Shown in pieces: positions 51,455 through 64,000 of a DNA stretch of 64,000 nt (positions are counted from its first letter, which is position 1; each line of letters begins with the position of its first letter). Source of the stretch: Eledone cirrhosa (Eukaryota); contig OZ024742.1 of the NCBI GenBank assembly GCA_964016885.1, positions 172,422,001-172,486,000 on the forward strand. Reading direction: 5' to 3'. Position numbers and translations under genes: made by a program. The notes beneath the pieces are model-generated. The model made no database searches and was not told the origin of the DNA. It saw nothing but the letters and a program-made list of their open reading frames with translations.

Positions 51455-51460
<6 letters not shown>
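50485..51460. mobile_element. Family B copy 2: tandem ~316-bp units arranged as a mirror image about ~51003
   Basis: Hammerheads at 50618-50662(-), 50934-50978(-) and 51254-51298(+); (TA)n flanks. Confidence 0.85.
51254..51298 (+). ncRNA. Hammerhead ribozyme with U3:A8 core variant
   Basis: AGCC-UUGAUAA-GCUU CAACAA AAGC-GAAA-CAAGGCCUUG-UC-GGCU; core identical in all three copies. Confidence 0.82.
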
Positions 51461-51525
<65 letters not shown>

Positions 51526-51739
51526 ATTTAAGCAGGCATATGTAAGGAGATTACGGATGAACTTCGTCTTCCATTAAATCCGATACATACCCCTCTCAGG
51601 ATACGACACCTACTAGTGACTGTGATCTATTAATATGTAAGCATCTTACAGCACGTCCCATTTTTTTTATATAATACAACACACACCTGCCGCACCATAC
51701 ATAGACCAGTGGTGGCATTGGCATCCGCAATATTAATTA

Positions 51740-51928
51740 CAATTGTTTCTACTTTTGGCACAAGACCAACAATTACCCAGTGCATTACTGGTACTTTATT
51801 TTATCGACCCCGTAAGGATGAAAGGCAAAGTTAACCTTCGGCGGGATTTGAACTCAGGCCGTAGAATGCCGTAACTCTATGCTGCAAAGCATGGCGTCCG
51901 ACCCTCTACCGATACTGCCAATCCACCG
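51740..51928 (-). mobile_element. SINE S1
   Basis: Box A/B and S1 core. Confidence 0.87.
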
Positions 51929-52983
51929 CAATATTAATTATAATACAGCATGTATCTGCCAAAACATTTCCGCGCTAATATTTATCCGTTTACTTGCTCA
52001 GCACTCTCCCTATAACTGTCAACATTCAACAGTAACAAGTATTGCTATGGACCACACTATCTCAGAGTGTGTATGCTTTCAAACGTAAACCACGTGCGAA
52101 AATATTATCGCTAAGTAGAGGGCAACATTTTTTGGGGTAGCGTAATCAGGAAAGAATTTAATTGTCCTTCAGTAAATGGATTATTCAGTTTACAACGTTG
52201 GTAATCTCTAATTCAACACAGAAGCGTTGCGAATAAATGAAAGGACTCGCCTTCTTTTCTCATCTATTTCTGAGACGTTCTGTTATAAAAAGAAAAATTG
52301 GAAAACCTTTACCGAATTACAATGATCAATAGATGTTGTGTTTTTATCTCATTCATAGTATGTACCTATTGTACCGATAACTTAATACGATACTACTCAA
52401 ACGCTGGTAGCTATTCTTTGTAAAATAAGTGAACGCCGTATTGAAATGACATTGAAATAAATATGCGTGCTTCGGTGGTTTTGCTGCTTAATTACAAACC
52501 ATTTGTTGTCTACTTGATACTAATTAATCTCCTTTAAAATACAGAGTGTTAAATTAACGCGTTGACATAAAGACGGTATGAACTGTTTCGGGATCTTAAA
52601 TACAAAGGGAAATTTCCTTTTCAAATAGACGACTTCGATCACCGTCGTTGAAAACAAGACCAACTGATTTTCGAATACAATAACGCCAGAATCAATAGTT
52701 TACCAAGAGATGGTGACTTGGATAGACCTGTTATTTTTTTCTAAGAACTTATTTTTTTCGTTTGTCCCACTGCCCACTCTTCTCTATAATTCTATTTCTT
52801 TTTTAAACATCAATCTAATTTGTGATGAAGGACTAGCGTCCGAAATGTTAAGACGGTTTTCCTATTCTATCAAGAATAAAACTAATAATGTATTTCTTCA
52901 TTGTATTACGGCATTTGCTTTGTTATTTCTTCTTGTCCTTTTGCAAAACACGCATATATATATATAGACACACGCCCTCATAC

Positions 52984-53030
<47 letters not shown>

Positions 53031-53203
53031 TTTGTATGTATATATATATATATATATACACATGTATGCACATGTGTTGTGTGTATATTTCGAAAGGCGA
53101 TCGACAAGATCACAGACCTCATTCGATAAACGAGTTGGGTGGAGCTCGTCAAATAAGACCGAGGAAAAATTATTTCCATAGGTCTTTCCAATTGGTAATA
53201 CTA

Positions 53204-53354
<151 letters not shown>

Positions 53355-53499
53355 AATTATCCACACACATAATTCATAAAATAAGTTAAGAAAGTGTGAC
53401 ACCATGAATAAAATAACCTCCTGGTCATAGTTTATAACTAAAACCAGGATAAATACAGCCAAGTAGTGGATTAGCAATTTATATACACACACACATAAA

Positions 53500-53755
53500 C
53501 ACTACATATAGAGAGCCGTAACGATTCCCATCCGAGGCACAAAACCGGGGTAGAGTGTTTAGTTGAAGAGATGCAGTAACAAAAGCAAACCACCCTCCCC
53601 GCTCCACGAACCCAATCTTGCAAAGACCGATATATTTTAGCAGAGAGACGCCGCAACTCATTTTGTGAAACCGGGATTAAAGTGAAATAAAGTGTCCTAC
53701 TCAAGGACACAGAATACCACCTCATCCGGGAATTGAACTCACAACCTGGCGATTG
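53500..53755 (-). mobile_element. Third tRNA-derived SINE type
   Basis: Minus strand GGTTGTGAGTTCAATTCCCGG (box B) then GTGTCCTTGAGTAGGACACTTTATTTCAC; a decayed relative lies at ~25800-25920(+). Confidence 0.6.
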
Positions 53756-53786
53756 ATTTTCAATATAATTTTCAATATAATTCCCT

Positions 53787-53924
<138 letters not shown>

Positions 53925-53942
53925 GTGTGTATATGTATATAT

Positions 53943-53972
<30 letters not shown>

Positions 53973-53978
<6 letters not shown>

Positions 53979-54490
53979 GGAAAAAAATGAAACGAAATTT
54001 CATTTCCCACTCTTAGTACGGCTGTTACTTAAATATAAGTATATAGACGTACATACATATATCTATACATACGTACAGTAGTATGTATATATATATATAT
54101 ATATACATACATGCACATATATATATATATGTACGTATGGATTCACCGAACATTTATTATAATGCTCGGTGTGTTTGTAAACAAACATCCCGTATTAAGC
54201 CGTAGTCTCTAGCAACCATCGTTGCTCGTTTGTTCAACACTGACAAAGGAACGATGTACTAGTTTCAAGCTTATTAGCTATCGTCAGCAACGTATACCTT
54301 CCTGCCAGATTGTTGAACGTATATACTTACCTTATGCATATTAACGGCTGAGTAGCCCAATTTGCATATCGAGTTGGTTAATCGGCCGGGTGCACCGAAA
54401 ACGATAAACGGAAAAAATGAAACGAAATTTCATTTCCCACTCTTAGTACGGCTGTTACTTAAATATAAGCATGTCCACGTACATACATAT
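53973..54490 (-). mobile_element. Direct-repeat element (~431-bp period) with one hammerhead
   Basis: 53973-54039 recurs at 54404-54469; (TA)n flanks. Confidence 0.7.
54251..54293 (-). ncRNA. Minimal hammerhead ribozyme
   Basis: ACGUUG-CUGACGA-U AGCU AAUA AGCU U-GAAA-CUAG-UA-CAUCGU. Confidence 0.75.
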
Positions 54491-55481
54491 ATGTATACAT
54501 ATTTATATATATATATATATATATACACAACTCCTTATTATATATAAATATATATATATATATATACACATTCTTTTCACTGTAACGTGGAGAAATTTCG
54601 TCACCACACCTACCCTACTTACTATTTATTTTATTATTAATTTAATAGGTAGTTTATATTTCTGCTTCTTTTACTTTATTTAGTTCCCTCTGTAACGCTA
54701 TTTTTCAATCTAGCTTTTTCTTTTCTCTATCAGCCTCTCTCTCTATCTAAAACATTTTCCCTATCTCACTCACACTTTATCAACCTATTTTCCATGCCCC
54801 CTCTCTCTTTGAAACTATTTCGACTATCTATCTCTTCTGCTCTCACTCACTCTCTCTACCCCCTCTCTCTCTGCGGCATTTTGTATCCGTTGTTTGACTT
54901 AAGAAATAGCAACGACAATCAAAACAAAACAAACAAGCAAACAGGGAATTATGAAAGGCATAAAATAAAGCAATCGAAGCAATTTGGAAACGACAGTTTT
55001 CTTTTCATTTACTTGCGTAAAATCCATTTGGAACTTAAGCTTCTACCACCACCTCCTGTCTTCCGCTTACTGCGGGTAACGCAACTCAGCAATTATCTGA
55101 AAGTTTCCAAAGGTCACACACTGAATGACATTAAAGAATACTAACATCACATTATTTCAGGATACAGAACGGAAATACAGTGAAAAGAATGTTGCTTCAT
55201 TGAAGAAGAAAATTACATAAAAAAATTTGTCTTCATAAAATTTCAAAATACCAAAATTTCGAATCTCATTGAATATATTTTGACAGAAAAAAAAATGCTA
55301 TCTGGAATGAATTACAAACGAATTTATTCTTATTTAACTTTCGTAGGTAAAAAGGCAATTGTGTTTGTACAGAACATGCATTGTTGAAGAAATCAGGTCT
55401 ATTACTGGTATATTTTGTTATACCTGGAGTGTTGATGAACAAAGCTCTTTCGTACCAGAATCTAGAAACATTCCATAGTAA

Positions 55482-55711
55482 TATAATTGTTTCTACTTTA
55501 GGCACAAGGCCAGCAATAATCCAGTGTATTACTGGTACTTTATTTTATCGACCGCGTAAGGATGAAAGGGAAAGTTAACCTCGGCGTGATATTCTATATT
55601 CTATAGTAATATAATTGTTTCTACTTTAGCCACAAGGCCAGCAATTACCCAGTGCATTAATTGTACTTTATTTTATCGACCCCGTAAGGATGAAATGCAA
55701 AATCAACCTCG
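55482..55711 (-). mobile_element. Two tandem 5'-truncated S1 SINEs
   Basis: S1 3' halves at 55482-55590 and 55610-55711. Confidence 0.82.
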
Positions 55712-55715
55712 ACAC

Positions 55716-57465
55716 CAAAGATATCCCCTCTCTTCCCTCTTGTACGTATTGACTCTCGAACCATTACTGCAGAAACTGGAGACGTTGAGGGGGATCCCGC
55801 GCGAACTAGGATGCTGAAGATCCGTGTCAGCATGTGCGGGGGATGTCACCGTAGTTGTGTCGAACGCCAAACACATCGAGGCGATCGGCACTACACTAAG
55901 AGAATATGAAGCGGTGACAGGAGCAATGATCAGCCAGGAAAAGTCAGTGGGCTTGCAGCTCGACACCTGAAGAGGCAGGTCCATGTCGTCCAACAGCGTC
56001 GTCGGGAGCTGGACGGGCGGACTGGTCAAATAGCTAGGGGTCTGGTTCGGTCCGGACCTCCAGACGGACAAAAATGGGACGAGGTGACGAGTAGGGTGGC
56101 TTTTCTCACCCAGAAATGGACAGAGAGGAAGATATCTCTGAAAGGTCGAGTTGAGGTGGCTAACGCGTACATCGTGTCCGTCATCTTCTACGGCCTGACC
56201 GTCGTACCTTGTCCTAAGCCTCGCCTGACTGCGCTGGGGCGTTTGCTTTTTCGCTTTTTGTGGAAGGGACGCGGTCCGATGGTCAGACGGTCCATCTGCT
56301 GTCAACACCCGCTATGTGGAAGGCTGGGCTTGGCGTGGCTAATGACGCGCAGACACAAGCTCATGCTACGACATCTCCACCTCTTCCTCGACGGCCATCA
56401 GGAGTGGTCGCCGTTTGCTAGACGCGTCTTTCCCCAGCTCGTCTCCTTGACGGAGCTGCAGTCCTGGGTCAAGCGAAGACCGAGAGGGACGCTTGGAGAC
56501 TGGAATGTCTTCAGGCGTTCACATCCCTCGACCAAACGGGCAATGTGATCGGTGGAAACACCAACTTGGCGTTCTATAGAGGATTAGTGGAGCGGAAGAA
56601 CGACGACATACTTGGGGAAATTATAGGCGTCGACGAAAATCAACTAGCCAATCTCTTCGGAGGAAATTTCGGGCCGGGGCTTATGGACAACATCCAGAAA
56701 TCCCTCGCCTGGCAGTGCTACCGAGGAGCTTTGCCGGTTCGGGATAAACTCTACAGGCATGGAGGTGCCGTCAGCCGGGCATGTTCGAGATGCGCGCCGG
56801 GCGAGGAAACCGTCCTGTACGCATTCGTCCAGTGTCCGAGCATTGCTGACTTGTGGGTTTATGTCGAACACCTGCAGTCGCGCGTAGGACGGATCCAGCT
56901 ATCAGCTGAGTCCATCGTGAGGATTGCCCGCCCTCTTCATTTAGCCGGGCAGGGCAGGCAGTGTTTATCTGTCTGGTGGCCATGGCGAAAGAGATAGTAT
57001 AGTGGACACATTTGAAAGGGCTGAAGACGAGCACTTACCTCTTCGGTGATGCGCCCTGATTAACTTTTTCAAATGTCATTTGAAAACGAAAATCAGGTTA
57101 GAGAGGGAAGTGCTCTCTTCCCAGCATTTTGTTGAAAGATGCGTGAGAGAGGCAAGAATGGCCCGAGTGAATGGGCCTACTCTGAGTATGTGTCTGTAAA
57201 TTAAAGGTGGAAAACTGAGAGAGGGCACTTTCCCTGATGGTCAGGGTTACAGTGGGTTTAATGGGCTTTCTCCACGAATGTCCCTCGGAAGTCTCCCCAC
57301 CTATTGGGGAATTTTTTCCTTGTTCTATTATTACATCTTCTTTTTCTTTGTTTTTTTTTTACACGCACACATGCCCTTTTGTACCGTCCTGCATTGTCCT
57401 GTACTGTCCTTAATGTCTACTTTGTGTAAACCCCTGTGGTTATTAAAGAAAGCATTATTATTATT
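55716..57465 (+). mobile_element. Tx1 copy 5, 5'-truncated and decayed (same family as copies 1 and 2)
   Basis: Starts at the QGCPLSSL-equivalent; ORF2 C-terminal fragments 56084-57199; same 3'UTR; (ATT)n tail. Confidence 0.9.
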
Positions 57466-57590
57466 CCCTTTACAGTCTGAGTTCAAATCCAGACGAGGTT
57501 AACTTTGCCTTTCATCCTTACGGGGTCGATAAAATAAAAGTACCAGTAATGTACTGGATTTGTGCTGGCCTTGTGCCTAAAATAGAAACA

Positions 57591-57648
<58 letters not shown>

Positions 57649-58408
57649 GTTCAAATCCAGACGAGGTTGACTTTGCCTTTCATCCTTACGGGGTCGATAA
57701 AATAAAGTACCAGTAATGTACTGGGTAATTGCTGGCCTTGTGCCAAAGGTAGAAACAATTATTATTAGGGTAGTGGATTGGCAGTATCGATAGAGGGTCG
57801 GACGCCATTCTTTGCAGCACAGTTACGTCCCTTTACGGACTGAGTTCAAATCCCGCCGAGGTTGACTTTGCCTTTCATCCTAACGGGGTCGATAAAATAA
57901 AGTACCAGTAATGAACTGGAATATTGCTGGCCTTGTTCCTAAAGTAGAAACAATTATTATTATTATTATCATTATTATTATAATATATGTCTATGGTTGT
58001 TAGGATGCGTCCATAGGCGGTATGCTGGTTACACACTCTATGCTCCTTCGGAGCAGAGTATGATAATATAGAAAATGAAGAATCAGTGATGCATCGGAAC
58101 ACAATTCATTGCGTATTTGTGTTCCGATGCATCACTGATTCTTTGTTTTCCATTTATATATATATATGTATAATCCTCATCGAGCCCTCTTCGGATTTTA
58201 TACTTCACATTCATTATAACTATATTGGCAGTATCGATAGAGGGTCGGATATCATGCTTTACATCATATCGTTACGTCCCTTTACGATCTGAGTTCAAAT
58301 CCCGCGGAGGTTAACTTTGCTTTCATCCTTACGGGGGTCGATAAAATAAAGTACCAGTAATACACTGGGTATTTGCTGGCCCTGTGCCAAAAGTAGAAAC
58401 AATTATTA
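57466..58408 (+). mobile_element. Four S1 SINEs, three head-to-tail through their (ATT)n tails
   Basis: 57466-57647, 57648-57766, 57767-57980 and 58224-58408. Confidence 0.87.
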
Positions 58409-58499
58409 CTATATATACATGGTGGCTGCCAACTCGTTTTCGAGTATGGCCACTACTTTATATCCATGTAAGAGAAACCCTATTGATGCGCTGAACGAG

Positions 58500-59033
58500 T
58501 GTGACATTTTAGTCCAGCCTGCGACATGAAAACTATGGCACAAACACTACACTTGTGACAATTATTGACACATAGTGCTGGGCCCATGGTACCATGTGAT
58601 GACAAGTGCAGAGAGATATCCAGATATAAAGCAATGCCTGTGCCGTGAAGCTTTTATAGTGAGCAAAGGCACTGCACAAAGCCAGTCCCACTCTCTTAAC
58701 CAAGATGATATTTATCAAAAAGAAGAACAAGTCAACATCATTGGATACCATTAGGGTTGCAGGTGTTATATCAGAGTTTTCCTTCTCCTAGAATTCTGCC
58801 TTGACAAAGGCTAAGGGGTCATCTCTCCCGGTTATTTTGGATGGCCATTGACACTTAAGAGCTCCTTTGCCCTTTGACAGGTTTTGTTTTTAGTCCTGCA
58901 GGATGTCCAAAGTCACCCTCCTCACCAAGAAACCTTGGTGGGGTTGCCAGTTTAGTCGCCAATGACCCGACCATGAGACAGGTTGTACTGGGATACATGT
59001 TACCAGTAGCACCAACTGGTGACCTGACATAAC
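58500..59033 (-). mobile_element. Probable 5' leader of an RTE-clade LINE
   Basis: Minus strand CTAGGAGAAGGAAAACTCTGA, which I recall as a motif of RTE 5' regions; GC-richer than the flanks. Confidence 0.45.
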
Positions 59034-59234
59034 TATATATACATATACATATATATACATAGGAAAAGAGTCAGGGCACCGGCGACTGAGCTCCGGCCGT
59101 TTCGTCATCTAGATCCGATCTACCTTGGATTTAGCTGTCGAAACAGCCGGACTATTTACATATTACCTACTACCCTAAGTATCGAGTACTCTGGTGCGTT
59201 ATTGTTCACCTTGCTCCTTACCACACTTTCTTTG

Positions 59235-59280
<46 letters not shown>

Positions 59281-59417
59281 CTGTAGATAGTTTAGTATCT
59301 ACGATAACCCCCTACAAAATCAGTATATTGCACAGAGGTATAATTTCAAGATTACATGGATTTCTAAAACTGTTATTAGCCCCACCATAACCCCGTGGAT
59401 ACAAGTATATATATATA

Positions 59418-59762
59418 TATTGGGAAAAAAGTTGAAATCGAAAATTCAACTAGAGTCTTTTTTTTTTTTAATTATATTTATTTGGTTCCTCTACCGGTTT
59501 CACAGTTCTTGTGCCTTTCAAAAGTAGAATTGAGATGGAAGTGTGTGCTCTTTCTCACAAGATGTGAGAAAAACCACAAACCCCCATCTCAATTCTACTT
59601 TTGAAAAGCACGAGAATTGCGAAACCGGTAGAGGAACCAAATAAATATATTTAAAAAAAAAGACTCCAGTTACATTTTCGACTTCATCTTTTTTTCTGAT
59701 ACTTTTCAGCCGTGTAGGAAACCTCGTTTTTTTTTCATTTTGGAAAAAAACCTCACTTTCTA
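59418..59762 (+). mobile_element. Fold-back family I with U3:A8 hammerhead (59598-59633)
   Basis: Arms ~59420-59557 and 59565-59700; CUU-UUGAAAA-GCA..UGC-GAAA-CCGG-UA-GAG. Confidence 0.72.
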
Positions 59763-60256
59763 ATATATAAAATGTATATATATCTATATCTATATATACG
59801 ATATTAATAAATGGAAACTATATTTATAAAACCATATTTATTTCATTATACATATTTCAAGGATACCAAGTTAAATTATGGTATGCCATCATCAGACAAA
59901 ATACAATATATAACAGTTTTACAAATAAGCATTGACGTACCCCTGTCAAAATGCGACCATTACTTTTGGAGGACATCAGGATAGTGGTTTTTTTATATTA
60001 TGTTAGTAAGTCTTAGTGTTAAGGACTATTACAAAAGACGGAGAGAGAGAGAAAAGCGTGGAGAAAAAAGGGAGAGATAAATAAAGAAAAAGTGTAAAGA
60101 AAAGAAGAAAAAAGGAAAAAATAAGAAAACAGAGGAAAGCAACAGAGAGATATCAAACCATCAGACAGAGTTAAAAAACTTAAGAGAGAGAAATAAGAGA
60201 TAGAGAGAGGGGGAGAGAACGAAAGCCTTATATCTATATATATATATTTATCTATT

Positions 60257-60300
<44 letters not shown>

Positions 60301-60415
60301 CAAACAAACACACACCACACATACACACATATATATATATATATATATATATTAAAGAACATTTTCGCTCTACATGGCTGAATACAATAAATGCAACCTG
60401 TGTTTTTCTAATATT

Positions 60416-60702
60416 AATAATTGTTTCTACTTTTGGCACAAGGCCAGCAATTACCCAATGCATTACTGGTACTTTATTCTAACGACCCCGGAAGGATGAA
60501 AGGCAATGTTAACCTCGGCGGGATTTGAACTCAGATCATACAGGGAGGTAACTCTATGCTTCATAGCATGGCACCCGATCCTCTACCGATACTGCCAATC
60601 CACCGCCTTTTCTAATATTAATAATTGTTTCTGCTTATGGCACAAGGCCAGCAATCACCAGTGTATTACTTGTACTTTATGTTATCGACCCCCGTAAGGA
60701 TG
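60416..60702 (-). mobile_element. One full and one partial S1 SINE
   Basis: 60416-60608 and 60620-60702. Confidence 0.86.
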
Positions 60703-60720
60703 TAACCTGTAATATTAATA

Positions 60721-61526
60721 ACTAGCAGAATGGCCCGGTGTTGCTCGAGATTTGCTATAGGTTTCTTATATATTTGATATATATTTATCCTTATCGAACC
60801 TCGTGAAATAAATACGTTTGTTTATATTTTGTTATTGTGTATGCAAAAATATGTGTCCATAAATATATAATTATATATATATATTTATTAAAATAACAGA
60901 CTAAAGTTTAAGCAAATAATCACTGCTTTCACCCTTAACGGGATATTCTACCTAAAAGCAGTATGAAGTACATACACTAAGACTAATTGATATAATCTTT
61001 GTCCTTGTTTGTTTATATTTTGTTTTTCTGTATACAAAAATATCTGTACACGAATATCTATATTAAAATAACATATTAATGTTTAAGCAAAGAATCGCTG
61101 CTTTCAACCTTAACGGGATCTTCTTAAACTAAAAAAAATCAATCTGGAAAACAGGAAGACGATACTTTGGTTCGTGAAGACGTTCCCTGGCATAAGAATA
61201 TATATACACACACACACTGATCGCGTCATAATGACGTAATGCGACAGTCAGGCATACGGACATATATTATGAAGGCGCGACGTCATATCNNNNNNNNNNN
61301 NNNNNNNNNNNNNNNNNNNNNNNNNNNNNNNNNNNNNNNNNNNNNNNNNNNNNNNNNNNNNNNNNNNNNNNNNNNNNNNNNNNNNNNNNNNNNNNNNNNN
61401 NNNNNNNNNNNNNNNNNNNNNNNNNNNNNNNNNNNNNNNNNNNNNNNNNNNNNNNNNNNNNNNNNNNNNNNNNNNNNNNNNNNNNNNNNGCATTATTGTA
61501 CCTACAATAAAACTCACCTCCTACAT

Positions 61527-61605
<79 letters not shown>

Positions 61606-62081
61606 GGAAATCAGTAAAAATAGCTTGACAAATCGAACATTGTGGTAGGCTAAACTAACACACAATATATACCAGAGCAACGATAGAACTAATATATATA
61701 TACACACACACACACACATATATATATATAAAGAAAATCCATCTTTCTTATGGCCTAGTGCCCGCATTAGGTGAAAAACTTAAATTTTTTAGCTTCTTAG
61801 GGCTTTTTGGAGACGTTATGTCTAGCCGATTTTTCCGAAATTGCAAGTCATATTATGCAATTAAAAAGATTCATTTTCTTGATCCTCCAGGGCCCGCATT
61901 AGGTGAAAACTTGGTATTTTCCTGCTTCATCGAGGATAATCATAAGGATTATCCAGACATCAGAGTATTCGGTGTATTTTCTTTACATATTATCCAGGCA
62001 TGCAGTTTTTCCACGATTTCGTCTATTGGTGACCCCCGTTTCAAAGTAACTTATTCCGTGCAACGCCGGGTACCACTGCTA

Positions 62082-62083
<2 letters not shown>
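60721..62083. mobile_element. Helitron-like sequences with outward-facing 3' termini and internal sub-repeats
   Basis: CTCGAGCAACACCGGG..CTGCTAG|T (minus, 60721-60749) and CCGTGCAACGCCGGG..CTGCTAG|T (plus, 62056-62083); sub-repeats 60817-60945 and 61008-61120. Confidence 0.5.
61290..61489. other. Assembly gap (200 N)
   Basis: Run of N. Confidence 1.
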
Positions 62084-62180
<97 letters not shown>

Positions 62181-62591
62181 TATATTAAAATAACAGATTA
62201 AAGTTTACACAAATAATCGCTGCTTTCACCCTCTTTGGATTTTACTCTTCACGTTTATTATTATTACTATATATATATATATATATATATATGAAATTGG
62301 AATAAATGCTCTGAAATAGCGATATATATGTGAATATAGACATAGAATATTCGAAAATATTCTGTATGTTTATAATAAACATTTTGAAGACCTAATCGCT
62401 ATAGAATAGAATACGTCACGTATTACAATTAGATTCTCGATAAAAGCAAGGGAAGTAATCGAATTGATTACTTCCCTTGCTTTTATCGAGAATCTAATTG
62501 TAATACGTGACGTATTCTATTCTATAGCGATTAGGTCTTCAAAATGTTTATTATAAACATACAGAATATTTTCGAATATTCTATGTCTATA

Positions 62592-62667
<76 letters not shown>

Positions 62668-62811
62668 TATAGACATAGAATATTCGAAAATATTCTGTAT
62701 GTTTATAATAAACATTTTGAAGACCTAATCGCTATAGAATAGAATACGTCACGTATTACAATTAGATTCTCGATAAAAGCAAGGGAAGTAATCAATTCGA
62801 TTACTTCCCTT

Positions 62812-63459
62812 GCTCTCAATGATCATCTCCACACATCTTTTCACAGCAAAATCAATGTTAATGGATGGGTACAGTGACACCACATCCATGCTGCCTATTA
62901 TGCAGTTGGATAGGCTCCTGTTTTTGTTGCACTCACTGATTCTGCTGAGGAGGTCCTCTGTACTTTCACATACATCTGGGGACATCTTGATTATGGGGCG
63001 TATAACCATTGAGAGGAAGTAGGAGATCCTGTAGTTGCTAGCTATATTAGCTCCGCATACAGGTCTTCTATAGAATAGAATACGTCACGTATTACAATTA
63101 GATTCTCGATAAAAGCAAGGGAAGTAATCAATTCGATTACTTCCCTTGCTCTCAATGATCATCTCCACACATCTTTTCACAGCAAAATCAATGTTAATGG
63201 ATGGGTACAGTGACACCACATCCATGCTGCCTATTATGCAGTTGGATAGGCTCCTGTTTTTGTTGCACTCACTGATTCTGCTGAGGAGGTCCTCTGTACT
63301 TTCACATACATCTGGGGACATCTTGATTATGGGGCGTATAACCATTGAGAGGAAGTAGGAGATCCTGTAGTTGCTAGCTATATTAGCTCCGCATACAGGT
63401 CTTGTTGGTGGTCCTATTGTCGGGTCGTCGACTGTCTTGTGGTCTTTGCGGTACCTCAT
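62812..63459 (-). pseudogene. PLE reverse transcriptase fragment, duplicated (62812-63067 and 63148-63459)
   Basis: KDHK...PPTRPVCGA...SNYRISYFLS...IIGSMDVVSLYPSI (PLE RT motifs 1-3). Confidence 0.85.
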
Positions 63460-64000
63460 GGTACGACAACCAGAGATATCAGAGTGTCATGTTTGTGGAC
63501 GCCACCCCTGGAGGGAAATTAGCTAACCAGTGTAGAAAGGCCCTGAGAAAGACCCACTTAAAAATAAAGGTGGTAGAAAAGCCAGGAACCACCATAAAAT
63601 CCCTGATCAGCAAAACCTACCCTTTTAAGAAAACCCACTGTACCAATAGGAAATGTATCATATGTAAGGTGAACCCCCGGATAAACTGTAAAACTAGAAA
63701 CGTAGTCTATAGCATAAGATGTACAGAGGGTACTTGCAGAAACACGACAACAACATACATAGGTGAGACAGCTCGTAGCATAGGTGAAAGGATAGACCAA
63801 CACTGGGGGGAACTAAAAGGACGAAAAAACGGGTCAGTACTATACGAACATGCTAGACAACATCATGACGGTAACATAGACAACATAGAAATTAGAATAA
63901 TATCTAAACATAGGAATGACCCAGCAGATAGGCAAATCAGAGAGGCCAGTGAAATAGAAATTAGAAGACCAAAGCTAAACAGAAAGAATGAGTGGAACAA
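63459..64000 (+). CDS. PLE C-terminal region: Cys-rich linker + GIY-YIG endonuclease, open to the window edge (absent from the ORF track)
   Basis: Manual translation: SVMFVDATPGGKLA...KVVEKPG...CTNRKCIIC...NCKTRNVVYSIRC...YIGETARSIGERIDQH...HARQHH...RQIREA...LNRKNEW. Confidence 0.88.

Larger units (their letters stand above)
62293..64000. mobile_element. Rearranged Neptune-like Penelope-like element with family B pLTR hairpins
   Basis: pLTR palindrome 62332-62595, further arms at 62665 and 63068, two minus-strand RT pieces, then a plus-strand linker and GIY-YIG domain. Confidence 0.88.

Noticed and set aside
52815-52860. Hammerhead-like GUGAUGA-AGGAC..GUCC-GAAA
   Set aside because: C3 is mutated and stem I is unconvincing; at most a relic.

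Overview
AT-rich, microsatellite-dense animal genomic DNA, probably cephalopod (octopus-like SINEs). I can support no host protein-coding gene; every feature I can support is mobile or repetitive DNA. (1) About 1-22.8 kb is a nested retrotransposon array built on (TAA/TTA)n repeats. It holds four minus-strand Tx1-clade LINEs (one with an intact 1139-aa APE-RT-CCHC ORF2) and two plus-strand R4/Dong LINEs (RT plus restriction-like endonuclease). (2) About 27-64 kb holds roughly ten sequence-distinct families of short fold-back or tandem elements, nearly all in or beside (TA)n. Most carry a minimal type I hammerhead ribozyme, usually with a palindromic stem III, and two families carry the compensatory U3:A8 core. 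Two families are physically joined to Neptune-type Penelope-like (PLE) GIY-YIG/RT coding sequence, which suggests the whole set are PLE pseudo-LTR derivatives. Also present: many tRNA-derived (ATT)n-tailed SINEs whose 3' end resembles the Tx1 3' end, CRE and RTE LINE relics, Helitron-like ends and a 200-nt gap. All alignments and folds were made by eye.
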